A stretch of 64,000 nt of DNA from the human T2T-CHM13v2.0 reference genome, Homo sapiens. The DNA lies in the NCBI RefSeq assembly GCF_009914755.1, contig NC_060929.1, one strand, 5' to 3'. The notes beneath the pieces are model-generated. The model was not told the DNA's origin and searched no databases. It saw only the letters and a program-made list of their open reading frames with translations. Of the stretch, positions 1-15,699 are shown piece by piece; position 1 is the stretch's first letter; each line of letters starts with the position of its first letter. A program made the position numbers and the translations under genes.

Positions 1-246
1 GACTTAACAAATGAGCAAATATGGCAATCAAAGACTAGGAGGAATAAACAATGATCTCTGATTTTCAACTTGGTAGACTAAGAGAATGGTGGTCCCAGAA
101 ACAGAAACAAAATCAAGAGAGAGTAGATTAGGACTCCTTTAAAATGAAAGAGGTTATCTTATGTTTTACATGGGAAGTTATTTTAAGCAAGTTTAAAATC
201 AATAGGATTTAAGATAATTATTATATTAGTAAGAAGTGAGATCCAA

Positions 247-607
<361 letters not shown>

Positions 608-734
608 TTAAAGCTGTATTTTTCTCTTTTTTTCAATAAACCCAGTGTAAAAAACAAATCTAATTCCACTACTTAGGGATGAAAAAGCAGATAAAATTAA
701 CAACCAAAATTATAATATTTGCACTTCTTACTGT

Positions 735-1120
735 GAAATTAAACTACCATATGATCCAGCAATCTGTCTACTGAATATATATCCAAAAGAAAGAAAATTA
801 GTATGTCAAAGAAATATCTGCACACTCATATTTACGGCAACAGTATTTACACTAGCCAAGATATGCAATCAACCTAAGTGTCCATCAACAGATGAATGGA
901 TAAAGAAAATGTCGTATATATACACAATGGAATATTATTCAGCCATTAAAAAGAATGAAATTCTATTATCTGCGGCAATATGGATGAGCCTGGAGGACAT
1001 GATGCTAAGTGAAATTAGGCACAGAAAGACAAATACCACATGTCCTCACTCACATTTAGAAACTAAAAAAGTTGATCTCATAGAAGTAGAGTAGAATAGT
1101 GGTTACAAGAGGCTGGGACG
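735..1120 (+). mobile_element. Old L1 (L1M-type) ORF2 3' end/3'UTR fragment
   Basis: ORF 909-1094 reads YIYTMEYYSAIKKNE, typical of the L1 ORF2 C-terminus. Confidence 0.85.
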
Positions 1121-1464
1121 TGTATAATCCAATCAATTAAAAATACATATATTTAAAATAAATTAAGTAAAATAAAAATTCTTGTGGGTATGACAAATTT
1201 TTAAAAATCCCATTTAAAAAACAAAACTTCTGAAACATGATTCTTAAAATTGTTGGTAATATTATGAAGCTAGCTTTTAAGAACTTCAGAAGCTCAAAAT
1301 GTGACATAAAATCAGAACACTGCAAGTGAAAAAATAACTCGGCACTACAGAATATTTATCCTATAGAAATAATAGAAAGTTAAGTAGTGGGGCCATTTCC
1401 TCACATTTACTCCACATCTATCTCACTTTTCCCCCCAAACATTTATCCTCCCTACCAAAAAACC

Positions 1465-2120
1465 ATCAAGGTCACCAATTTCCTCCATCTTGACTAATAT
1501 AATGGACACTTTTCTGTTTCTCATTTCACGAGACCTGTCAGCAACCAGTATACAAACAATTTATCACTCACTCTATCATTTTTTAAACACTTTCTTTTCT
1601 TGGCTTCCCTAACACCACACATCCCTGGCTTTTCCCTATCTATCTTCTTGGTATATCTTCCTCTCTCAGATCTGTGTATTTTAACACATCCTCAGGGCGA
1701 AGCCCTCCGTCCTTTCCACTTCTCTATCTACACCCTTTTCCTAGATGATCTCTTCCATTCTGTAGTTTTAATACTAACCATACACACAAACTCATATCTG
1801 CAATCCCAATCTCTACTGTGAACTCCAGACTGACTTTATTAAACTGTCATCTCTACGTGGGCATCTCAATGGCAATTAAAACCAGACCAAATATCCAAAA
1901 CAGAACTTTTGACCCTCTCCCTCTGCCCTTAAAATTGTTATTTCATTTATTCATTCTACAAATATTTCCTCAGCATATGCTCAGGCACTGTGCTGTCCAC
2001 TGGCACAACAATGTGAACTTGGGGGAGACAAATTATAATAAATTATTAAAAGAGCTATAATGGATATAAAGTGTGTGTTCTGACAGAAAATGGGGAGAAG
2101 GTGGCTATTTTTGATAGCGT
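1465..2120. mobile_element. L2 fragments (sense piece ~1465-1930, antisense 3' end from ~1940)
   Basis: AAGGTCACCAAT...CTTGGCTTCC...CACCACA L2-like text; TTCATTTATTCATTC...GGCACTGTGCT is an inverted L2 3' end. Confidence 0.65.
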
Positions 2121-2142
2121 GTTTAAGATCAGCCTCTATACT

Positions 2143-2374
<232 letters not shown>

Positions 2375-3947
2375 TTAGTTGCTCCAGCCAAAAACCTAGG
2401 CATCTATTCCCCATACACAACCCCTTACGTGAATTTACAGAGTTCTGACTATAAAATAAATCTTGATGCTTAACACTGAAGAAAAGGCTCAAGTAAGCAA
2501 AGAAGAGAGACGTGGACAATGACAACTATGACAGATGTCACAGAAGGACATGCAATAAGCTATGAAACAAAGTTACAGTCAGACCTACTCTAGTCTGGAA
2601 GAAATCAGAAAAGGCTTCCTGGAGGAAGTAGTAATTAGAATAAGCCCAGATGATCACTACAAAAAGCCAAACAAAAAGGTATAAGGGACTATATCAAGAA
2701 CAGGGAGCAGTACAGCTTGGCACATCCCAGAATCTAAAATAAATCAAAGGTGATAAACTCTTAGAAGGAGGAGTGTAGATTAAGACATAGGCCAGAAGAA
2801 AGCAAGAAGTTATCAAAGATTAATGAGGTCATGTCAAAAAGAAACAGAAGTCAACCTAAAAAGGCTTCCATTGGCCAAATATGAGACAATTTGACAGGAG
2901 TGGATTAAAACACACTAAAATCCAATAGCTCATGATAATCTTTTAAGATGATAATTAAAACAAAAAACCTGCAGTGAACAGCTCATTACCAATTACTTTG
3001 GAAAATGACAAAGGGAAATCACCTTTTATGCTCCCTTTTCTGTAGCAAGGAGTAACCAAATAGTTGATAAAAGTTATTCCAGCAAATAAATGCATAAAAA
3101 ATTAGAGAATCAGGATATCACCATTTTGCAAACTCTAACAAAATAATGAATTCAGGCAATGATCAACAAAGAATGCTAAAATCATTAGTTAAAGGGCAAA
3201 TTATGTAATAGAAGAATAAGGCTGATACCACCTGAAATCACTACAAGTGGGGCAACCAGGTAGGTAACTTTGATGAATAGGAAGTACACAACATCTACAA
3301 AATAATTTTATTGAAAAAAAGGGAATGTAAATATGATAAAATATCTAAATCGAACTTCAAGTTTTCAGGAAAGACAAGAAACAGAGAAATAGGTTATAGC
3401 AAACTTACAGCAAACCTGAGCATCAGAATTGCCTGGAGGGGCTTTTTAAACCACATATTGCTGGGAAACCATAAGACTGGAAAAGCCAAACACAGAATGT
3501 GGGGAATTTCACATTTAAGTGGGGGAGGGCTGTTATAGAATAAAATTTACTTAAGCTGCCTAACTGCAAATGCAATATACAGACTCTTAAGACTGATTCA
3601 AACAAAACTACCATAAAAAGACATATTGAGATGACACCAAATTGGAATATGGACTAAGAATGGCTTTTATTAAGGAATTTCTGTTAATTCTATTAACAAT
3701 AATACTATAGTGGCTTTTTTAAAAAATGTCATTATGGAAAGAAAAAAAAAAGTCAAGGCTAGCAAATTAGCAAAAGCCATACTATGTAGAATGGGCAAAA
3801 GCCATCCTTTAATGAGTCTGGGCCCAAACTAAGTGGTTTTTACACAAAACTGATATAACAGTAACAACTACTTCTGGTTCCTGAAAGCCATGTGCTAAGC
3901 ACCACATTAAGTTCTTTACATGACTTATCTCTGAATCCTTAAAATAA

Positions 3948-4322
<375 letters not shown>

Positions 4323-4466
4323 ACAATTGGCACTTTTTAAAAAGTGACATATTGAGGGTAGTTTGGAAAAAGGCAAGAGTGATCACAGAAAGACCAGTTA
4401 AAAGGCTGAGTACCTTAAGAATCCCTGATATAAAGAATCAGAATAAATGTTCATATATTTGGGATA

Positions 4467-4784
4467 CAGGATGAGCATCTCTAGTCCAAAATTTTTTTGA
4501 TCACTGACAAGACGCCACAGTGGAAAACTTCACATCTGACTTCATGTGAGGAGTCAAAATGCAGTCGACACTTTGTGCACAAAATCATTAAAAAGTACTG
4601 TATAAATTATGTGCTATTATGTGTACAAGGTATGTATGAAATAAAAATGAATTTTATGTTTAGACTTAGGTCCCACCTCTGAAAAAACACATTATGCATA
4701 TGCAAGTATTCAAAAATCCAAAAAAATTCCACAATCCAAAACACTTCTAGAACCAGGCATTTCAGGTAAAGGATACTCAACCTG
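4467..4784. mobile_element. Non-autonomous TcMar-Tigger element (Tigger4/MER46-like)
   Basis: TIRs CAGGATGAGCATC ... GATACTCAACCTG flanked by TA on both sides. Confidence 0.85.
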
Positions 4785-4898
4785 TATAACAAAAATCCAG
4801 ACATTATTTAACAAAACATTAATTATGCCCTACAAACATTTCACTTCAAAACAACCTTCTTTGCCAAATTAGTTTTCAGGAATTTTATTTAAAACAAT

Positions 4899-5197
4899 CT
4901 TTTTTTTTGAGACAGGATTTCACTCTGTTGCCCAGGCTAGACTAGTGCAGTGGCGCAATCATGGCTCATCACTGCAGCCTTAACCTCCCAGGCTAAGCAA
5001 CCTCCCACCTCAGCATCCTGAGTAGCTAGGACTACAGGTGCATGCTGCCACACATGGCTAATTTTTTATATTTTTTGTAGAGACAGGGGTTTTGCCATGT
5101 TGCCCTGGCTGGTCTTGAACTCCTGGGCTCAAGCACTCCTCCCGCCATGGGCCTCCCAAAGTGCTGGGATTACAAGTATAAGCCACCAAACCCAGCC
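4899..5197 (-). mobile_element. AluJ
   Basis: Diverged dimer with J-type features (GGCTCAAGC, ATCATGGCTCA). Confidence 0.9.
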
Positions 5198-5799
5198 CAA
5201 AATAATCACTTTTATATGTACTATAGTTATTGGGCTTATACTTTTTACTTCCACTGGAAGAAAATGGAGAGAACATAAAGCAATATTTTCTACTAGAAAC
5301 AGCCTTTTCTCCCAAATTCTTGAAATGGAGAAAACAAATTACTGTCTCAATTCTATAAATGACTGAAAAAATACACTCCCCATAATATTTTTCAAACTCA
5401 TCTCCAGCTCAAGAATCTTAGATAAGCACATAGAAATCGATATGGTAAGAGACCTTAGAGTGAAGACAAGGGAAGGGGGTATTTCCTGGCCATCTCTTCC
5501 AATGGGGTAACCATAAAAGACAATACAGAAAGGTTCCTAAAGCTTCTTTATCGGAAGTCTCTCCTATTCTAAAGTCCTGCTGTGGCTTACAATTACTGAG
5601 CTTTGTATATTGGTTACTCTAGGAACTGCCTCTTAGGGACTGAGCTACAGTTAGTTGCCAATGGCTAACTACACCCAAGCCTGATTTAACAATTTAGGCT
5701 GACTAGAACAAAACAAAACACCCAAAAAAGGATTCCAGCAATGAAAGCATGGTATACTAGAATGAAAACAAAATGTTAGTCTACTCAAAAACCTGGGTT

Positions 5800-6092
5800 A
5801 TATAAAAAGATGCTGAATATGATCTTCGGGAAATGCAAATTAAAACCACAAGATACCACTAGAATGGCTATAATCAAAAGAATAAAAAAACGATTAAGAC
5901 AGTAAATTTTGGCCAGGCATGGTGGCTCATGCCTGTAATTACAGCACTTTGGGAGGCCAAGGTGGGAGGATACTTAGGAGCCTACTCAGGAGGCTGAGGT
6001 GAGAGGATTACTAGAGCCCAGGAGGTCAAGGCTGCAATGAGCCTTGATTGTATCATGGCACTCTAGCCTGAGCAACAAGTGAGACTCCATCT

Positions 6093-6123
<31 letters not shown>

Positions 6124-6888
6124 TTCATATTTTTTTTACAATAAAAATTTTTAATTAAAAAAGAACAAAAATAACAATATCAATATTGAAGAGATTGTGA
6201 AGAACCTGTAACCTTCATGCATTGCTACTGAGAATACAAAATGGTACAACTATTTTGGAAAAGTCTGACAATTTTTTTTTAAAGTTAAACACAACATTTA
6301 GCACATGACTCTGCAACCCCACTCCTAGATTTCTATCCAAGAGAAAAGAAAATATATGTCCACATAAAGATTTATACACAAACATTAACAGCAGCATTAT
6401 TCATAATAGCCCAAATCTGGGGAAAAAATATGTCCTCCAACTAGTGGCTGAATAAACAAATCATGGTATAGCCATACAATGGAATACCATTCAGTGATAA
6501 AATTGAAGGAACTGGCTGGGTGTGGTGGCTCATCCCTGTAAGCCCAGAACTTTGGGAGGCCAAGGTGAGAGGATCCCTTGAGCCCAGGAGGTTGACAGTG
6601 TATTAAGCGTGGTCACGCCACTGTACTACAGCCTGTTGACAGAGTGAGAAAAAAAGGAACTAATAAATGCAACAAACAAGACAGACACAAGACTATGACA
6701 GAAAGTATCAGTGACTGCCACGGGTGAGGAGGAGTTAGGCTACAACAGAGCATGAGGGAACTTTTTGGGTGATGGAAGTGTTCTAAAACTTCATGGGGGT
6801 GGTGGGTACACAACTGTATACGATGTATGCTTAAAATGTATTTATACTTTATTGTGTATAAATTATAGCTCAATGAAATAGTTTTTAA
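5800..6888 (+). mobile_element. Old L1 3' fragment interrupted by two internally deleted Alus (~5911-6117, ~6513-6656)
   Basis: GGGAAATGCAAATTAAAACCACA... L1 3' text; flanked by the TSD-like AAAAC(C)CTGGGTT at ~5787 and ~6889. Confidence 0.8.
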
Positions 6889-8692
6889 AAAACCCTGGGT
6901 TGATTAGATCTGTAAGTTATTAGCTATGTGACATTAACCAGAATGGTTTTTTTTCCTTCAGATATGCCTATTCTGTTTCATCAGTTTTCATTTCTCACAT
7001 GCACAAGTTTTATTTTTAAAGTGAGAGATTCCATAATGTACTGCAGTTATTGGGCTTACAGATAATTCTTACTTCCACTGGCAAAAGTATATAGTTATCT
7101 GCACTGCTACTTGCTCTATCTCGTAAGATTGCTGTGAAACATCAAATAAGATAACTGATGAGAAAGTTCTTTGGTAACTGTAAAATAGTATTACGCAACT
7201 ATATAGTAGACTTTACATTTTTGAAAACCAGACGTGAAAATGTTTTTTCATATGAGTGACTTGAGAGCCTTGTAAACCTACGTACCCAAAGTCAATCTTT
7301 GTCCAGAAATAGAAAGCAGTTGTCTATTCAAATGCCACCTTTTAAATATCCTATCGGAACCTGTTTCCTATTGTCGCTTGAGTTACTAGATGGCTCAATG
7401 TAGTATTATCTAACCTGCACTTTCATTTTTCAAAGGAAAAACACTAAAGAAATGTTTAAAGAGAGACAGATGAGCATGACACATTTATTTTTCAGGGGAA
7501 AAGACAGATACGTAGAAAAACCTCTTCAATTCCATATGCATTTACTGAATTTTTCCTGATGAGACCTGCATTAGCAAGAGAGAGTGAATAATTTTAAGAA
7601 TAGCAAAATTTCTTAAACCAGTGTGGCAACTTCGCCTGTTCCAAAATTTGACAGATTCTCTTTTTTTATTTTTATTTTATTTTTTTGTTTCTACTATTGT
7701 TGTACAACTGGGCTCTTTGCTATCCTACCAAGTTTAAAACGTGTGGCATTTGACATTTAGCCTAGTTATATTTGCAAGTTTCCACACTGCAATACGTATA
7801 AAGGCTGTTTGGACATAATCTCCTCAGGTGCAGTTTAACGACTAAATTTTACCTTGAATTCAGGTTTATATCAAATCTTACAATTCTGAAAAGTTACTCT
7901 GCCAGCAACAGGTACTACAATGAAAAATTAACAAAGCCTGTAACACTACAAAATGCTCTGCTAACATTTTCAATTTTTAAGACTCCTTTTCAGTAACAAT
8001 TCGAGGAGGAAGAATCTACAGCCAATTCCAAGGCCAGATTTCATTCAATTTGGTCTTCCTTCGGCAGTAACCCTAAACTCAAGTTTCACATTTCTCCTTC
8101 GATAACATTAAGGTCGCTCGGTCCGGTTACTGCACACCTCCAATTTTAGCGTCCAAGAAACCTGAAAGAACGGCACGTTGCCTACTCGCTCCTCCAGCCT
8201 TCTCTCAACTCAGAAGCTTGGCCAAACGTGCCGCTCTCTCCACAACGCCAACGGAGCTGGAACGCAGCGCCCGGAGGACAACTGGTCACGGGGAGGAGGG
8301 GAGAACTTCGCGGCCCGGAGTACGGCGGCTGAGGTCCAATCCAGCCCGCGCCCAACTCTACTCGGTGCCAGGAAGGCGTGTGGACCCAAAGTCTCAGGCC
8401 GCGGTGCTAGGTCCGGAGGAGCAGAGTCGCGCGTGGCTGGGGGCAGGTCGTAAACAAACCGACGGGAGGAGGGGGAAGGGGCAACGGCGAGGCGGGTGGG
8501 GTAAAATAAAAGGTAGGACCTCGCTCCAACCCTTCGGCGCTAGCCCGCAGCCGGCTCCACCCCACCGAGGACCAGATGCTGCTCTCGGCGCGGCGCTTCC
8601 GCTCGGGTCGGAACACCGAAGGCCCCAACACCCCTGGAGCCCGGAGCCCACAAGGCCATCGGCTCCGCGACCCCCGCCCCACAGCGCCCTAC

Positions 8693-8784
8693 CTGAACCC
8701 GCAATCTGGGTCCCGGGCGTCGCGGCCGGGCGCGCCCAGCCCGGTCCTCTTGCTGAAGAGCTTCTGGAACAGCGTAGGGGCCAT
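8693..8784 (-). CDS. FNIP1: FNIP1 (folliculin-interacting protein 1) coding part of exon 1
   Basis: ATG at 8784 in strong context (AGCATGG) encodes [30 protein letters not shown] plus AG (92 nt, phase 2), then donor CAG|GTAGGG; matches the recalled FNIP1 N-terminus. Exon 2 is not seen in the window. Confidence 0.96.
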
Positions 8785-8839
8785 GCTAGCCACGGCCAGG
8801 CAGGGGTCGCTCCGCTGGGCGCTTGCTAGGCCCCTGCTC

Positions 8840-8878
8840 CTACAGCCGCCCCGCCACCCCCATGGGCGCCTCAGTCAT
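8840..8878 (-). other. Putative uORF in FNIP1 5'UTR ([12 protein letters not shown])
   Basis: In-frame ATGs at 8878 and 8863; TAG at 8842-8840, 55 nt before the main ATG. Confidence 0.55.
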
Positions 8879-10062
8879 ATGACAGAAATTAGTCACTTCA
8901 AACGGCCACGGCGCGCGGGGCGGGGCGCGAGGCAAGGCCGGCACTCATTGGCTGGAGGGGGGCCGCATCACGTGGCGGCGCGCGGAGCAAGGGGCAAGGT
9001 GGGGGCGTGGGGCGGAGCTGCCTCCCATAGGCTCACTGGCGGGTCCCGTCACGTGGCAGGGGCGGGGCGTGAGCCGAGAGGACAGGACTGGAAGGTGGCT
9101 AGGGATGTGTAGCGGGAGAAGGGTCAGTCTCGATCTTCCCCTGTGAAGCTGTCAGCGACCATCAGAGGGTACGCCGGGGTGGCGCGGGGACGATGCCAGG
9201 AGCCTTGGAGTGCAGAAGGCTTCGACTCCCCGCACCCACAGAGTTGCGTAGGGAACCACGGGCAACCGACTCTTCCTTGTCAGCCCCTCCCTAGCTTCTG
9301 CGGCTTCACACCTCCATTCCGCGCCGGGCAGAGTCTGGCGGCTCCTGGAGCACGGAAGGCCCACAAGCGTACCCGTGGGGCCGCGGCCAAGGCTGGACTT
9401 TGAGCCCAGGACCCCAGGACCGCCCTTAGAAGGCTGCGCCGGCCCGCGAGAGGTCTGGGATCTGGACAGCGCGGGGGCTGGCTCACAGGGACTGGTGAAG
9501 GAAACTGCCGGGACCCCTGCCACAGCCATGGCTCCCCGCAAAGACGACCTCGAGCAGGCACTGCGGGCAGTTTGTACTAGCGCCTAGAACCCTGACACCG
9601 GGAATTAGTCTCTTGGAAGAGCTAGCGATTGGAGGCTCAGGAGTTAGGCTGTTTCCTTGTTAACCAACAAAATCAGGTGAAACCAACGAAGTCAGGAAGC
9701 CTAAAGACATATATGTACAGATATCTAACCCTTTACGCTAATTATTTAGATTTTTAATAAATCTATCTTAATGTTTAGGTATGAAGACGGGAGGAACTGT
9801 GGAATTTTAGTCAAGTTACAGGGAAGAAACGCTTTCTAAAAAAAGAAAAACATTGCTCACATGTGACCTCACAGTCTTATTTAACCCATGGAACCAAAAT
9901 ATATCAGAGTTTGTATCAAACTAATCTTATAAATTTTCAGCAACCCCATCCATTCACTCACTCCCCCTCCAGGATGAGGAAGCTCGTACAATGGGATGTA
10001 ATCCTCAGAGAAATTTAGGAAATAACTTGTATATGGTTGGAAGGCTGGATAAAAATACTTTG

Positions 10063-10655
<593 letters not shown>

Positions 10656-10870
10656 TACTTTTTGAGAATTTCATTTAATTAGGTATACAAATTAAATTTT
10701 ATTTTCTTTAAGTGGCTACCAACTCCCACTGATTTGCAGCTAGAGTTTATGCTCTAAATAAGGGTCTGAAGATATTTAGAAAAGAAAAAGTAATAGGCAG
10801 AATTTATATCTCTTTGAGAATTTGTCAACAACCAAAATACTGAGTTTCAATGTTCCAAGACTTTTTTAAA

Positions 10871-11136
10871 GCACTATTTATTGATGATTAAGATAGTAAC
10901 ATATTCTTTCCACAATCATTTATGTTCTAGGCAGTGGGGATCCAAAGTAAAAAAGAGCTAACTTTCTAGGTGAGGAGACAGTAAATAAGTATTTAAAGTT
11001 ATTGCACTATTTATTGATGATTAAGATATTAACATATTCTTTCCACAATCATTTACGTTCTAGGCAGTGGGGATCCAAAGTACAAAAGAGCTAACTTTCT
11101 AGGTGAGGAGACAGTAAATAAGTATATAAAGTTATT
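10871..11136. repeat. Tandem duplication, 2 x 133 bp
   Basis: 10871-11003 and 11004-11136 differ at 4 positions. Confidence 0.97.
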
Positions 11137-12639
11137 TCAGATAGTAACTAATGTTGTGGAGTTAGTAAGAAATAAGCAATGAAATGAGGGTGTCAGCAAA
11201 GTCTGAGGAGGTAACATTTGAGGTGCTTAGGTTGAAAATCATTCAGTTGCTCTGTGTATTACCCAAGGTCCAGAAACTACTGGGCAATACAGGATCAAAA
11301 CAGCAGTACTATTTCACCTAGACATTTCAGATAATCCTCTGGCATCAAATGCTGAAAGATTTCTAACAGGGTAAAATGAGCTGTGTATATTTTTCTCACA
11401 AAACATTTGAATGTAGAATGAAAAATGAAGTTTTTGTAAACAAAAAAATAAAGTCAATGCAATTTTTAAAAAGTAAACAAGTGTAGATCCTATCAGTCAA
11501 TTAATGGGGCAATCATTTGGGAAGTTTTGTTTTTACACTAGTTAAGTTACACTAAATGAGTACAAGTGGAAACAGGCCAAAGTCTGTCTATACGGGACCA
11601 AAGACACTAAGGACTAATGGCTGTCCATGACTGGCACAGAAAAGGGTAGTTCCAGGTCCCCTCAGAAGGAACTTTCCAAATACAATAACCTTGTGTGCTT
11701 TCGTCTTGGGAAAAAATTACTTCATGGGTAATTATAGATATTAATAGTAAGGGAAAAGAATATAACTGCTTGCATAAGAGACACTTTCAGTATTCTCTAA
11801 TCATGTAATAGCTTTATTTCTGTAGTCTCATTTAGTCTTGAAAGGTACAGAGAAAAACTAGATTTACTTCCTATTATTGATCACATTTCTCCTACATTGC
11901 AGTGTAATACTAAAGTCACAGAATCAGAGAGCGCTGAAATGATACAAGTTTGTAATAAAAGAGGACAAAACTATACATAATTATTCAGATTAAAATTTAA
12001 ATATTTCAATTTTAGTATCAGTGAATATTATCTTTTATTTTTCCTTTTACTTAGTACTACATCCTATCACAGAGAAGCTGAGGTGTCTTACAGGCAGCCT
12101 TTGTAAGTTTAAGGAGTCAGCAAAGAGGAAATGTGAGAAAGAAAATAATTACCTACTCATTCATGCTACGTTATATCAATGTGGAACTACTGGGTTACAA
12201 AGATTAGACATAAGGCCTACTACACTCTCACTCAAGGGTGGAAGATTTAGTCTCCTCAAAACTCCAACAGTCTATAGATTTCTGTCCACCTGCTTCAAAG
12301 ATTCCCCTCCTGATAGCATAAAAGACAGGCACTCTTTGCTATAGGCATTTCCTGGTTACTACATATAGGAAAAGGTGGCAATAAAACTAAAATCTTCCTC
12401 AACCATCATGCTAATAAGTATAGTCTCAATTATGCTGAATTATCATGAAACAAATTATAATTTCATTGATGACATCTCAGAACAAGACATTCAAAATCAA
12501 GATGATCAAGTAGACCTGCCCGAAAAACATTAAATGGGCTCAAGTTACCCCACTTTTAAAAACTCCTAAACCAACTGACCATTTATTGCTATATAATAAG
12601 GAAATGGCAGTATTCTGAAGCACCAGAAAACATAAACAG

Positions 12640-14340
<1,701 letters not shown>

Positions 14341-14707
14341 AGAAACAACCTAATAGGGATGGTGAAAATAAGCACCTACTATGTTCCAAGTGCTAGGAAT
14401 ACAATATGAACAAGATGGGTACAGGCCCTGCCCTTAAGAAACTAAATAACAAAAAAGCTATTACAGATTGTCATAAGTTATTTCAGGGAATCAAACTTTT
14501 CCTTCAAATATAAATTGGCTTGAAATCCTCATCTTGAATTCTATTATAAGTGCACAAAACTATGACAAAAATTATTTCAAAAAATATTTTCCAAACATTT
14601 AATATGCTTAATATGTATCTGTGCTAGAATCGAGCAATACAATAAAGAACAAGACATAGTTTCTGCATCAAGGACCTTACAGTCTAGGGAGAAAAAAACA
14701 ATTGACA

Positions 14708-15032
14708 GGCTGGGTGCAGTGGCTCACGCTTGTTAATCCCAACACTTTGGGAGGTCAAGGCAGGTGGATCACTTGAGGTCAGGAGTTGAAGACGTGCCTG
14801 GCCAACATGGCAAAACCCTTGTCTGTACTAAAAATACAAAAATTAGCCAGGCATGATGGTGCACAGCTACCAGCAGTAGTAGTCCAAGCTACTACTCAGG
14901 ACATTGAGGCAAGAGAATCGCTTTAACCCAGGAGGCGGAGGTTGCAGTGATCCGAGATTGTGCCACTGCACTCCAGCCTGGGTGACAAAGAGCAAGGCTC
15001 TGTCACAAAAAATACAAAATAAAAATAAAAAA
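14708..15032 (+). mobile_element. AluS
   Basis: Full dimer with small insertions. Confidence 0.9.
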
Positions 15033-15104
15033 TGGACAGGCAATTATAGTACATTTTGATAAATGCTATGATGCGGGAAACTCTAGAAAGATTTTGATTG
15101 AGTC

Positions 15105-15600
15105 CATTAGTCAGGATGTTCTACATTGCACATGATAGAAAACCCAAACAAAACTAGCGTAAGCAAAGAATGAAATTGATTAGCTCTCATAACTGGATCT
15201 AGTGTAGATGAACAGTTCAGGCACAGCTTTATCCAAGGACTGCATCAATGGTATCGAGAATTCAGTTTCTTCTTCTCATCTCTAATTTCTCTGTGCAGAC
15301 TCTATTCCAGGCAGTGTTTCCAAACATGGACATAAGCTGGCTGCCAGCAGCTTCCAGGATATATCCTTTCAGATGAAAGTCCAAGAGAAAAAGAAAAGTC
15401 TGTCCCAGCATTCCAAGAAAAAAACTCTGATATTTAATCCCAATAGGATCATTTTAGGCATTGGACCCATCACTGAACCAATTACTGTGCCAGAGTTGAG
15501 AAGGCTAACATGCATTGGCTTATGCCATTAAAGGCCTACCCCTGGAACTATGGGTGGGATCAATCCCACCTAAACCATATGGCTGAGAAATGTAAAATCC
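15105..15600 (-). mobile_element. Ancient MaLR LTR (MLT1J/K/L-like)
   Basis: TTAGTCAGGAT...TTGCA..TGATAGAAAACCCAA..AAACTAGC.TAAGCAAA resembles an MLT1 terminus. Confidence 0.6.
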
Positions 15601-15699
15601 ACTTAGGATAAAGTTAGAAAGGCAATGGATAGATGCAGGGGAAGTCACCACACATGTCCACTACCAATATCCATAACAGAGACAAAAACTTGGGGTCAG

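Larger units (their letters stand above)
8170..9600. promoter_or_regulatory. FNIP1: CpG island / FNIP1 promoter
   Basis: Abrupt GC- and CpG-rich segment around exon 1; GC boxes at ~8918, ~9009, ~9059; minus-strand CCAAT box (ATTGG 8947-8951); CACGTG E-boxes at ~8969 and ~9050. Confidence 0.93.

Noticed and set aside
8947-8976. ER-stress element (CCAAT-N9-CCACG)
   Set aside because: Both half-sites are present, but order and spacing fit neither ERSE nor ERSE-II.
8178-9587. Long ORFs across the CpG island (e.g. 203 aa and 178 aa on the plus strand)
   Set aside because: These are GC-rich shadow ORFs with low-complexity R/G/P/A content overlapping the real minus-strand FNIP1 exon 1, with no recognisable domain.
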